In this document: positions 1 through 11,252 of the stretch, one piece after another
How positions within the stretch are numbered: the first letter of the stretch is position 1
How the letters are laid out: each line of letters begins with the position of its first letter
Source: Azolla caroliniana
Lineage: Eukaryota > Plantae > Polypodiophyta
DNA: 64,000 nt
NCBI GenBank assembly: GCA_043228905.1
Contig: JBHGNT010000010.1
Location: 19,716,001 to 19,780,000, forward strand
Reading direction: 5' to 3'
The notes under the pieces: model-generated
The model's input: the letters and a program-made list of their open reading frames with translations, nothing else
Told to the model about the DNA's origin: nothing
Database searches by the model: none
Translations under genes and position numbers: made by a program

Positions 1-626
1 TATTCTATACATCATAACAAGAGTGGACTCTTTCCTTACTAAGTTTTCCAAATTTCCATTCGTTCTCTAAAGTGGGTCACCATTAAGCAATTGGCACTAC
101 ATGCCCAGATGATACACTAAGGGTAGGTGTTTGATTGGTTCTAAAACTCGGGTTTATCAGTTTAAGCGATTTGGTTTAAAGGTACTAGTATTTCATTCGA
201 TGGCACCCATAAGAAAAACTTTACTATGTATATATTCGCGTTATTAATTATATATAAGTAATGCATTCTAAAGGATCTCTTGTTTGATTTGTGCAGGGTG
301 TGAAACGAAAGAGAGAGATTGGAAAATGAATGACACTTAAGCATGCTACCTGTAAATACCAAGTACCTAGTCATTGAGGCAAGTGCAGAGAGGTCAACTC
401 GGTGACTGCAAGAGCAATGCATGAGACCAACGGGACGGACATAGCTCATTGAATAAGGTTGTTCGACCAAGACTAGAAGGCAACATTTAATATTGGCATC
501 TTGGGACATTAGGGAGAATATATACGTGTGTGTGGAAGTGGCATCCAATGTTGGATCTCAAGGCCTTGTGTTTTAGATGGTCAACTAGCTAGTAAAGAAG
601 AAGGAGACATGTGAAGGAATTATTAC

Positions 627-1485
627 CATGGAGGAGAGTGGATAGGCTGCCATTGGGCATGTAGTCCATGACTAGGAGGGGTTGGTTATTCTTGCTTATG
701 AAGTATGCGAAGAAGGGTGCCAAGTGCCGGTGCTCAAGCCCGCCGAGTGCCTCGATCTTCCTCCTTATAATCGACTCTTCTTCGCAATCATCATCATTGA
801 TGCCAAGACTGTGGATAAGCCCCTTGAGCCGCTTAATGACGACCGTAAGCCCGCTCTCCAACACGGCCTTGTAGGACATGCCGAAGCTACCCTTCCCTAG
901 AAGCACCGCGGATGCCCCCAAAACTTCCATTAGCTTGAATCCCGATCCGCCCCTCCTCATGAACACTAACTCTTTCGACAATGCCACTTCATTGACAATT
1001 CTATCATCATCCGCAGCCGATCCTGATCCGCCCACGATGATGTTCACATTGGGCACCTCCCTCTTGCCTAATGTCAACTGCTCCTTCCTCATGGTACTTG
1101 GTGATCCACCCCACCATTTATTCATATATGGCATCCAGCGGGCTCGCAATATTATGATGGCCACGATGCCACATACCAGGATGAAGCCTGCGATAGTTAT
1201 TCCTGCAATCACACCCACACTAAGGGTTTTCGATCGATTCTCGTCATTCTCGGGAGATGGAGATGGTGATGGTGATGGTGATGGTGATGGTGATGGTGAT
1301 GGTGATGGTGATGGTGATGGTGATGGTGATGGTGATGGTGATATATCCTGGGCATTCACTACTATAGATAGCAAGATTCGATCCGAGGCGATCCCTAAGT
1401 CATGGCATATTAATGTCAATGCGAAAAAGATTTGTAGAACTAGAATTATGTGTAGATTAGCATTAAGAAGAGATCGGATCGGCAT
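627..1485 (-). CDS. Receptor-like kinase, LRR-III (PRK/RLK902/At5g58300-like) kinase type, exon 1; ectodomain is only signal peptide + (Ser-Pro)15; later exons not found in the window
   Basis: ATG at 1485 (MPIRSLL...), hydrophobic leader, (SP)15, TM VGVIAGITIAGFILVCGIVAIIIL, then FKLMEVLGASAVLLGKGSFGMSYKAVLESGLTVVIKRLK (cf. LRR-III FDLEDLLRASAEVLGKG..YKAVLE) to DYMPNGSLSTLLHG, followed by a GT donor at 626. Confidence 0.85.
1253..1342. repeat. (GGTGAT)15 hexanucleotide microsatellite encoding Ser-Pro repeats on the - strand
   Basis: Visible tandem array. Confidence 0.95.
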
Positions 1486-1799
1486 AATAGTGTAAGAATT
1501 AGTGTCGTAACTGGATCTTAATTTGTTTGAATAGATTAGCCTTAACATGTTTGTTGTTGAGAAATCAATTGATGATATCTTTGAGGTTGTAAGGCTAGAA
1601 CAAAATGAGGGTCTAAAGTCAACCTTTTCATGGATAAATTGTGACACTTAACATTGTTAAAGGGAAGTTTGAGTGAGGAAAATCTTTATCAAACCTATCG
1701 CTCTCTAGACCACTTCAAAGTATAGCGGACAACTATGCATTCAGAAAATAAGATATTAATGCACGAAAAATAACCAACACTAGTATAGTCATTAGTATT

Positions 1800-2680
1800 G
1801 GTAAACATTATCACCTATTGAATTCTTTGATAACGATCATAACTCATACTTTTTTAGATGCCAAGTTCATACTCAAGAATATCTATGGTGATCTTTTAAC
1901 TGGCATGCTTTTTTTAGGTAGAAAAATGGTGCATCAACCACTAAGCAATCCTCCATCTCTAAAGGATGGTCCTTGGATGTGTGTATGAGAAACATCATAA
2001 TCACCCAAACACATATTTTCGGCGTAAATCTCATGAGTAATGCCTCTTCTCTTAAAGATTCAAAATGGTGCAACACAAAAATGCAAATAGGAACATGTTT
2101 TTTAACATAATCATTTTCTCATGGTCAAAGAAATACTTTGTGAATAAACATTTGTCTTGCAAAAGGCACAATGAGTGTACATCAAGACAAAAATGACTTA
2201 ATACAAAATGCCTAAGCCTCTAAAGTACTTTCTGGATTTATATATAGTCAACCATACAAAATACCATTAAAAGTATCTACATGCATGCAAAAGGCTTATT
2301 CAAAGAAAAAGAAGAATATGGGAAGTTCATCTCTGCGGTGTTTGATCTCACTTTGGAAAAATTCCTAATAGCCCAATTGTGTATATCTTTCTCTTAAAAT
2401 TGTATACTCCTTATGACCTTTGAAGATCTACAACAAGGACTCTTCAAAATCCCATTGCCATGTCCACATAATCAAGAGAGGATCATGTAGAAAGAAATTT
2501 AGTCCAAACCACAAACCATGTATCAAGTGCCTTAGAAGGAGTAAGACTCTTACACCTTCCATGCCAAATCAACAAGGCTAGGATAATACCCTTGGTTGAT
2601 ATTGGATCTTGTGTCAAAATACTCTCTTTTGGTAAGGTTTGACTTGGATCTCCTTGTTCTCCACGATTGCAAAGACACGG
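1800..2680 (-). pseudogene. Probable 3' part of the LINE ORF2 (zf-RVT-like region), degraded; left boundary approximate
   Basis: Reverse-strand fragments WYFVWLTIYN..KYFRGLG and HCAFCKTN..FFD resemble the zf-RVT W/C-x2-C region; position continues the LINE fragment that abuts the gypsy 3' LTR. Confidence 0.45.
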
Positions 2681-3582
2681 TGTCGTAAAGGATTTGCTTC
2701 ACGATATAAAAATAAATTTAAATATTGTATTTAATAATATTTCAAACACTTGAACCCACAACCTTATAAACCAAGCACAATGTATATACCACTAGGGTAA
2801 GCTATTTGTTTTTAGAAATGTTGTCAAGAATGTGCTTCACTATATAAGAATAAACTTAAATATTGTATTAAGTAAAATTGAGGGACTTGAACCCTCAACC
2901 TTGTATATCAAGCACAAAGCATACACCACTAAGCTAGGTTATTTGTTTTAGGGTTATATCCATCATTATACTTATCCCATATATATTTTCATACATGGGA
3001 GCTCAAATGAGCATGATGGCTATCATGCATCACATGCAATGCATGTGTGCCAAATGGCGATCATGCATCACATGTAACTCATGCATTACATGCATGCCAT
3101 GCTCCTACACATTACCATATGCATGGCAATACTTATAAAAAGAGGGCAAAGGAAAACAAAAGACAAAACAAGAGAAAGTTAGAGAATAATATAATCAAAT
3201 AAATAAATTAGCTTGTTGGTGAAGAGGCTCGTGTTTTTAAGTTGGAGTCAAGGGTTCGAATCAAGAGTTGGTAGAGAAAGAGTTCATCTTGCTATCAAGC
3301 ATTGTAAAGTTGGTAAAATCCTGTATTCGTAATATACATCATGTTCATATCATATACTTTTTTGTCTTAAATCATACTTTGTCTCTATCTTGCTTCTTGA
3401 ATCATACATTGTCTCTATCTTTTATCTATACTAGTCTCTCTCTCACACATATTACTTTAAACTCTTATTCTTCTTATCCTTAATCCTCCTAACATTTGCG
3501 CGCAAGCCTTATAAAAGTTCTTTCAACTCCCCTTAACCTTAGTCCCTGTGACTTTGCCACACGAACCACAACTACCCCGACA
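2681..3582 (+). repeat. Gypsy 5' LTR (902 bp)
   Basis: Homologous to 19880-20892; TG..CA ends; PBS follows. Confidence 0.9.
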
Positions 3583-3585
3583 AAT

Positions 3586-3603
3586 TGGTGAACCCGACGT
3601 GAA
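3586..3603 (+). other. Primer-binding site complementary to the tRNA-Trp 3' end
   Basis: TGGTGAACCCGACGTGAA, 3 nt after the LTR; reverse complement of the plant tRNA-Trp end ...TTCACGTCGGGTTCACCA (recalled, not searched). Confidence 0.8.
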
Positions 3604-3620
3604 GGCGGCGTGAAGGAAAA

Positions 3621-6583
3621 ATGGAGGAGCAAATGAGGCTTATGTGTACAATGATGGAACGAATGATGCGAGAGCAAGGGATGATAGCAAGCATCGACAA
3701 AGCCGTCGACAATATTCTGGCACGAGTAGGAATCTTCAAAGGTATAAATTTAACAAGATTTCTGAAGATTTACAATAAAGAAATGCTTAAACGTGGTGTC
3801 AACGAAGCTGCCAAAATTAATAGCTTTAGTCGAGTCTCTACGATTGGGCTACAACAAAGAATCTAGGAGCTACATATGGGGCATCAAATGTGGGTGACTT
3901 TCGAAAGAGCATTACTCAACTAATACAACCTCAACAATATGTCAACGATGACAAGGCGAGCTTTCATGGATTGGGTAGAGTTTGACAAACATTTATGTGT
4001 TTTTGAAGTGTTAAAAGAGTTTTCAGAAAGATTTGAGCAATTAAATGTTAGGGATAGAAACATAATAATGCCAGATAAAATAATATTGTTTCTAGAAGCT
4101 ACTAATATTAAAGACATGAAAGACTTGGGAATGCTTCTAGAATATCAGAATAGTCCGAATGGACTTACCGAAGACTGGGAGGAGGTGAGAAGGGCTTGCA
4201 TCCATTTCTGAAAAAGAAAGTTATGGTTTATGGAGCTGCCGGACAGGAAGGGAGACGAAACGGGAAATGACTCGGGAGAGAAGAAAATAGAAGATTCACT
4301 CTAGCATGAGTTGGTGAAAGGCATGAAAGACTTGTCGATCATAGTGACGAAGCTAGAATCGGGACAAAGCTTAATTTTGTCAAGGCAAGGAGATGGAATG
4401 GTCCAAAGGTGTATGTGGTGTGACAGTATCAACCATCAAAAGAAAGACTGTCAAGAACATAGGGATGCTCTTTATCATGATAAAATCTATTATCAAGATG
4501 GTAAGATTCACTCGACAGAGACTCGACAACCACTTCAACTCAACTTCGGGCGAGGTGGAATGAAAAAGCTAATGGAAGATGCCGAGAGAGAAACAACTCA
4601 AGCAATACAATCCGTCGCAACGTTAGGGTTGCGTGTAGAAGACTCATATGGTGGATCTAGCTTTTGGCAAGATGTGATGGATTATGCAAGAAAAGTGAAG
4701 GTTCAAGTGGATGAATTAAAAAGAGCAGGAGATGAAATACGGAAATTCACTGGATGGAATGATCTAATGGACGCACTATCAGCATTCGCCCAAGTGAATT
4801 CACAAGAGGTACTAGTGGAAGAGAAGCGAAAGAGGGCTGAGGAGGCTGATCCGACAAAGAAACATCAGACACGAGAACAAAAGAGAAGGGATATGGAAAA
4901 GGGTGCTCCTGAGACGAAGGAAGCTGATAGAATAAAAGGGAAGACAGACCCATCTTTCAAGCTTGTTTCAGACATAGAACCAACGACGGATATAAAAAAG
5001 GTACTAGAAACAAGAATATTAAATAGTAAGGTAGAATTTACTTTAAGAGAAGTGTTGGGTATAGCAAAGAAAGAATTTCATGAAGTTATCATAGATATTA
5101 TTAGAAGAAAGAGATTGGTGACAGAGGAAGTTATGGGAGGGTGTGCAGCAACACTTCGAGATTTATATGGTGGTACCATTAATGTTGCAAGTGTAAAAAA
5201 TAGAAATGATGTTGGGGTTCATGAAGAGGATAGGAGTCACTATACAAGGGACCATTGGGCTCGAACAACAACAGAGACACCTGCAAAAATTGGGGAGCAA
5301 TAAATTCCATGTATTGCTTTGATCGATCATGGATCCGAGATTAGCATGATGTCGTTGGAATTTTACGCTCAAGAACGATGGCCGATCAACAAGAATCATG
5401 GGTGGAAGATAAGAGTTGCCACAGAGACTACGGAGGATCTATTCGGAGCATGCCCCAATGTGAAGGTAACAATTGGTGATGTGTCGGTGAATCAAAATTT
5501 CTTTGTGCAGGATCGATCAACCTACCCCGTCATCCTTGGTTAGCCTTACATCACCGCAGTCAAGATGGAAACAAAGGTGATTGATGATGGTTCGGCTTTC
5601 GCATGAATCAAGAGTCAAGATGGAAGAAAGACAGTCCAATTCTTAACCGTGAGGCCCAACCACGAAAGAAATAAAGAATGCTTGAGGGAACATCTAGTTC
5701 GGGAGGTGGATGAAGAATTTTCCCAAGATTTTTAGATAGGGCTTTTACAGGTAGGGGCTGTGATAGCCCGAACATGAAAGAAAACCCCATGAATAATAAT
5801 GTAAATAAAAATATTTCTTGTACAATCTCATCTAGTGGTGCTACTTTTATACTAAAAGTAGATAATAATAAAATACAAAATGCTTTCGAGTACTTTAAGT
5901 CTTTTGGATTAATAGATGATGATGAAGAAATTCAAGATATGTTTGAAGAATTAAGTTTTGAAGATACAATAACTCATTTGGAAGCAATGGAGGATGACAA
6001 CGAAAACCAAGTTCCTGTTCATTCGATCAAGATGTACGAGGTCATTGAAGAAGTTGCTCGAAAGGATCATGAAGCACATGTCCTAACAAAGTACAAGACA
6101 GTAGAGAAGAAGGTGTGTCCTATTGTTGCTCCACTTCTAGGGGATAGTGAAAGAGCAATTAAAGAAGCAGCCACAAAGCCAATGATCAGAGACCCACGAA
6201 AGGTGGGACGTGTGTTTACTCCAGAAACAATACAAGGGATGAAAATAGGAGGGGGTGACTTCCTATTACCAGCCGAAGAAAAGCAATTTAGGGAGATGTT
6301 AAAAAGGCATGGAAAGGTGTTCGCATTCCAACCTAAAGAAATAGGGTGTGCAGATCCAAAAATTGTGGAGCCCATGGTTATATTTACTATCCCTCATATT
6401 CCATGGAATTTTAAGCCAATACCCATGCCTAGGGCTAGAATCCCTCAACTATTAGAACTTCTGAAAGAAAAGATAAGGGTGGATATCTTGGAACCATCGA
6501 ACGCTCCTTAGTCAAGTCGATGGTTCACTGTGTTAAAGAAAGATGGACGGCTTCGATTTATCCAAGATATGCAACCCGTGAAT
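3621..6583 (+). pseudogene. Gypsy gag-protease and start of pol, with premature stops
   Basis: CMWCDSINHQKKDC zinc knuckle, LIDHGSEISMM protease, pre-RT ...ILEPSNAP*SSRWFTVLKKDGRLRFIQDMQPVN. Confidence 0.88.
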
Positions 6584-7229
6584 TGTTGGGGTTTGACGCT
6601 TCTGAAACCTTCACCTCTCGGCCACAACCGAGGAAACACGGATCAATACAGCAGTAAATAGAAAACACAGAGAGAGACTCGAATGCACAGGGTTTATCGT
6701 GGAAAACCCTAGACGGGAAAAACCACGGGAGTGCAAGACTCCAACTATCAGTATACGCAGTGAATGTACAATGGCGAGCTGCAAGGCGACGACCTTGAGC
6801 TCGCTATCCTCGCCACAGGCGGCAGTATTACACAGAGGCGTCGACCTCTTCCTTTCTCTCTCTCTCTCTCTCTCGGCTGCTCTCACTTCGCTCCCTCTAA
6901 GTGGAAAAACAGAAAAATGAGCAACAAAAAAAACTGTTTGCCCTAAGTCATATTTATACACATATGACTTTCGGGCTATTTACAAATATAGCCTCAAGGG
7001 CCCTTGGCAAACATATTCACAAATATGTCCCCGCATCCGGATCTCTCTCCGGGGTACATTCGTCATCCGGCTCCGTAGCCGGGGTCTTCATCATCCGGCT
7101 CCGTAGCCGGGGTCTTCATCATCCGACTCCGTAGCCGGGGTACTCTTCATCCTTCGGTTCCGTAACCGCAACCGGGCTTGCCGTCATTTATCTCCGGACA
7201 TCCCATCCGGAGGGACCGAAATCCCACCA
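6584..7229 (-). repeat. Copia A 3' LTR (646 bp)
   Basis: Near-identical to 16662-17277 apart from about 4 substitutions, one 28-bp repeat unit and one CT unit. Confidence 0.95.
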
Positions 7230-7239
7230 AACTCCCCCT

Positions 7240-10200
7240 TCACTTCGGCATGGGATGTCTTTCCAGTCCGACCTTCTTCCGGCACGCTTCCAGCTTGTCG
7301 GGTGTGAGCACTTTGGTCAGCATGTCTGACCCGTTCTCGTCCGTGTGAATCTTCGTCAGCACGAACTCCTGGTCTTCTATCCTTTCCCGGATCCAGTGAT
7401 ATCTTCGCTGGATGTGCTTCGTCCGGGAGTGATAGGCCGCGTTCTTCGCAAGGTGGATGGCACTCTGACTGTCGCAGTAGAGTCGGTACTCCTCTTGCCA
7501 GATACCGAGCTCTCTAATAAAGTCCCTCATCCATATAATTTCCTTGCCGGCTTCAACAGCCGCCATGTACTCCGCCTCCGTGGTTGACAATGCAACCGTC
7601 TTCTGCAGCCTCGACTGCCACGAAACAGCTCCCCCTGCATACGTCATCACATACCCTGATGTGGACCGGCTGGTATCTGCATCAGCCGACATATCCGAAT
7701 CGGTAAAGCCGTCGAGTTCGGGCTTACCAGAGCCGAATCGGAGGCACACGTTTGCCGTGCCCTTCAGGTATCGGAGTATCCACTTGGCCGCGTTCCAGTG
7801 CTCTTTGCCGGGATTGCTCATGTACCGGCTCACCACTCCGACTGCATATCCTATGTCCGGTCTTGTACACACCATTGCGTACATCAAGCTTCCGACGGCA
7901 GAGGCATATGGTACTTTCATCATGTCCTCCTTCTCAGCCTTTGTCTTGGGGCTTTGCTTGCTGGACAACTTGCAGTTTGCCGGGAGGGTTGACCCGACCG
8001 GTCTTGCTTCCGACATGTTGAACCGGTGAAGCACCTTTGTCACGTACTTCTCCTGTGACAGCCGCAACTGCTTCTTCTTCCGGTCCCAGATGATGTGCAT
8101 CCCTAGTATTTGCCTCGCCGGACCCAGGTCCTTCATTGAGAAGGTTCGGTGAAGCGCTTTCTTCAACATCCGTATCTTGACCTGGTCCCGTCCGACGATC
8201 AACATGTCGTCCACGTACAGGAGGAGTATTAGAAAGTCTCCTCCTTCGAACTTCTTCACAAACACGTAGTGATCGGTCTGCGTTTTGTGGTACCCTTCGT
8301 CGGTCATGAAAGAGTCGAACTTCCGGTACCATTGCCGGGGAGCCTGCTTCAGTCCGTAAAGGCTCTTCTTCAACCGGCATACCAGGTGCTCCTTCCCTCT
8401 CTTCTCGAATCCTTCCGGTTGCTGCATGTAGATTTCTTCTACGAGGTCACCGTGAAGGAATGTCGTCTTCACGTCCATCTGTTCTACCTCGAGGTCCATG
8501 CTTGCCGCTATGCTCAGCACCGTCCGGATGGAGGTCATCTTCACTACCGGGGCAAATATCTCGTCGAAGTCGACGCCCTTCTTCTGCTGGAACCCCTTCA
8601 CTACGATCCTGGCTTTGTATCTCGGGGGGTTTCCGGCATCCCCCTGTTTCAGCTTGAACACCCACTTGTTTCGAAGTGCCCGCTTTCCTTTCGGCAACTC
8701 CATAAGTTCATATGTGTGGTTCTCATGCAGGGAATCCATCTCCTCCTGCATGGCACTTAACCACCTGCGGCTATGGGTGTCAAGCTTTGCTTCTTCAAAA
8801 CTCTCCGGCTCCCCCTCGTCGGTTAGCAGCACGTGCTCTGGTTCCGGAAATCTCCGGGGGGCCCTTCTCTCTCTTAGAGGATATCTCCGTTTCGGAGCTT
8901 CGGTAACCGGCTCCTCCGTTTCCTCTTCATCCGAATCCATTTCGGGATCGGAGCCGGTTCCGGTATCAGTTTCATCTTCCTCGGCCGGTTCTGTTTCTTC
9001 ACCGTCTTCGGCCGGATCCTCGAGTGCTAACCGGTCCCTTGCCGGTCGGGACTGCTCCTCGTAGAGTTGATTCTCACCGGTCGACTTGGAGCTCTTCATC
9101 TTCTTCTCCGACTCCCAGTCGGCGAGTGTCTTGTCCTCCATGAAGATGATATCTCGACTCCTGAATATCTTCTTGTCGACCGGGTCCCATACTCGGTAGC
9201 CGAACTCGTCGTCGCCGTAACCGAGGAATATGCATGGCCGGGTCTTTGGATCTAACTTTCCTCTCCGGTCCTTTGCCACATGCACGTATGCGAGACACCC
9301 GAACACCTTCAGATGCCGGTAGGACACTTCCTTACCGGTCCACACTCCTTGTGGCGTGTCTCCATCCAGGGGTACTGAGGGTGATCTATTTATCACATAT
9401 GTCGCCGTCGACATTGCCTCAGCCCAAAATCCCTTGGGTAATTTCGCATGTGCTAGCATACTCCGGACCCTCTCCATTATGGTCCGGTTCATCCTCTCGG
9501 CCAGCCCGTTCAGTTCCGGCGTCTTCGGCACAGTAAACTCGAGCCGGATTCCCTTCGAGCGACAGTACTCCTCGAACTGCCCCCGGTATTCCCCTCCGTT
9601 ATCTGCTCGTATCGCTTTCAGCTTCTTGCCGGATTCCCTTTCCACTCTCGCGTGGAGTTCTTTGAAGACGCACAACACTTGGTTCTTTGTCTTCAACGGT
9701 GCCGTCCACAGCTTCCGGCTGTGGTCATCAATGAATGTCACGAAGTACTGGGCTCCGCCATGTGACTTCGTTTCTACTTGACACACGTCAGTGTGCACCA
9801 ACTCCAAAGGTGTGCTACGTCTCGTCGGTGGCCTTGAGTGGAAGGAGGTTCGGTTCTGCTTACCGGCCAGGCAATCGGTGCACTTCTCCAGGTGCACGTG
9901 CTTCACTGGAATAAGGTTGTCTTCTGCAAGCCTCTTCATCCCCTTCTCACTCATGTGGCACAGTCTCTTGTGCCACAGTTCACCGGCAGTGTCGGCTGCC
10001 ACGTTCAACTCCTCCGGACACAACCAGGCACTCATAAGGTACAGTGTGTTGACTTTCCTGGCCCGAGCCACTATCAGGCTCCCCTTGCTGAACTTCATTA
10101 CGCCGTTCCGGATGCTACCTGTGTAGCCTTCATCGTCTAGCCTCCCGGCCGAAATCAGGTTCAATCGAACCTCCGGAACGTGTCGGACATCCTTCAGCAA

Positions 10201-11252
10201 CATTTTGCATCCGGTCGAGGTTGTCAACCACACGTCTCCTATGCCGGCAATCCGGCACGTACCTTCATTTCCCATCCGAACACAGCCATGCTCACCGGCT
10301 ATGTAGGATGAGAAGTATCTTCTTTCCGGGGTCAGGTGGAACGACGCTCCGGAATCGACCACCCAGGTAGTCTCATCGCCGGCAATGTTTAGTTCACCTT
10401 CTTCGGTGATGAGCATGATCTCCTCTTCACTTGCCGCGAGTGCCGTCGTTCCTTTCCGGTCCTGCCCTCGCCGATCCGAACCATTCCGGTCCGTGGCTCC
10501 CCGGTAAGCACCGTTCCGTTCCGAAGACTTCTTCGAATCGGTGTCGTCGGCTCCGTTGTCTTTTCGGTAATGCCGACAATTCTTTCGGAAGTGCCCCGGC
10601 TTCCCACAGTGGAAGCATGTGGGCCTTCCTCTTGACTGCGACCGGGTCCCCGACTTCTCCCGTCTTTGCGGACTCCGGTTCCGTTGTCTTCCCCGATCCG
10701 ATTCGGTAAGCAGCATCTTCGGATCGGAGGCCGGTTCTTTATCTCTCCGACGCGCTTCTTTATTCAAAATGCTTGTCTTTACCGTTTGTAGGGACAAGTT
10801 ATCTTCGGTGCAGGAGGTGCTGAGAGTCACCACCAAGTTCTCCCAGCTTTCCGGCAATGTACACATCAGGATGATGGCTTGCATTGCATCCTCCAACGGG
10901 AACTTGATCGCCGCAAGCTGGTTCACGAATCCCATGAACGTGCTTACGTGTTCCACCATACTCTCGCCGTCCCGGTACTTGAGGTTCACAATCTTCCTCA
11001 TCAGGGAGGTCCGGTTCAACGCATTCTTCCTCTCGTAGAGGCCCGACAGCTTCCGCCACATCTCATATGCGTTGGTGTCGTTCGCCACATGTTGTAGAAC
11101 GCTCACGTCGACGTATTGCCGAATGGTTGCAACGGCTTTCCGGTTCAGAAGCCTCCATTCCGTCTCAAGTACCCCCTTGGGTATTTCCGACCTGTCGATC
11201 GGTTCATACAAGTCCCGAACAATGAGCAGATCCTCCATCTTTATCTTCCAGT
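7240..11252 (-). CDS. Copia A gag-pol polyprotein, main part; true N-terminus (MEGGNSGQPGMMVLNAQNYADW) is at 16565-16630, split off by copia B
   Basis: Uninterrupted ORF: UBN2 gag, CFHCGKPGHFRKNC, WVVDSGAS, integrase (HTDVC, DNGGEY, AERMN), RT YVDD, RNase H. Confidence 0.95.

Noticed and set aside
1486-1647. Longer N-terminus of the kinase ORF (352 aa track)
   Set aside because: Starts at a non-ATG codon; the ATG at 1485 directly precedes the signal-like segment; the 3' end 589-626 is intron read-through.
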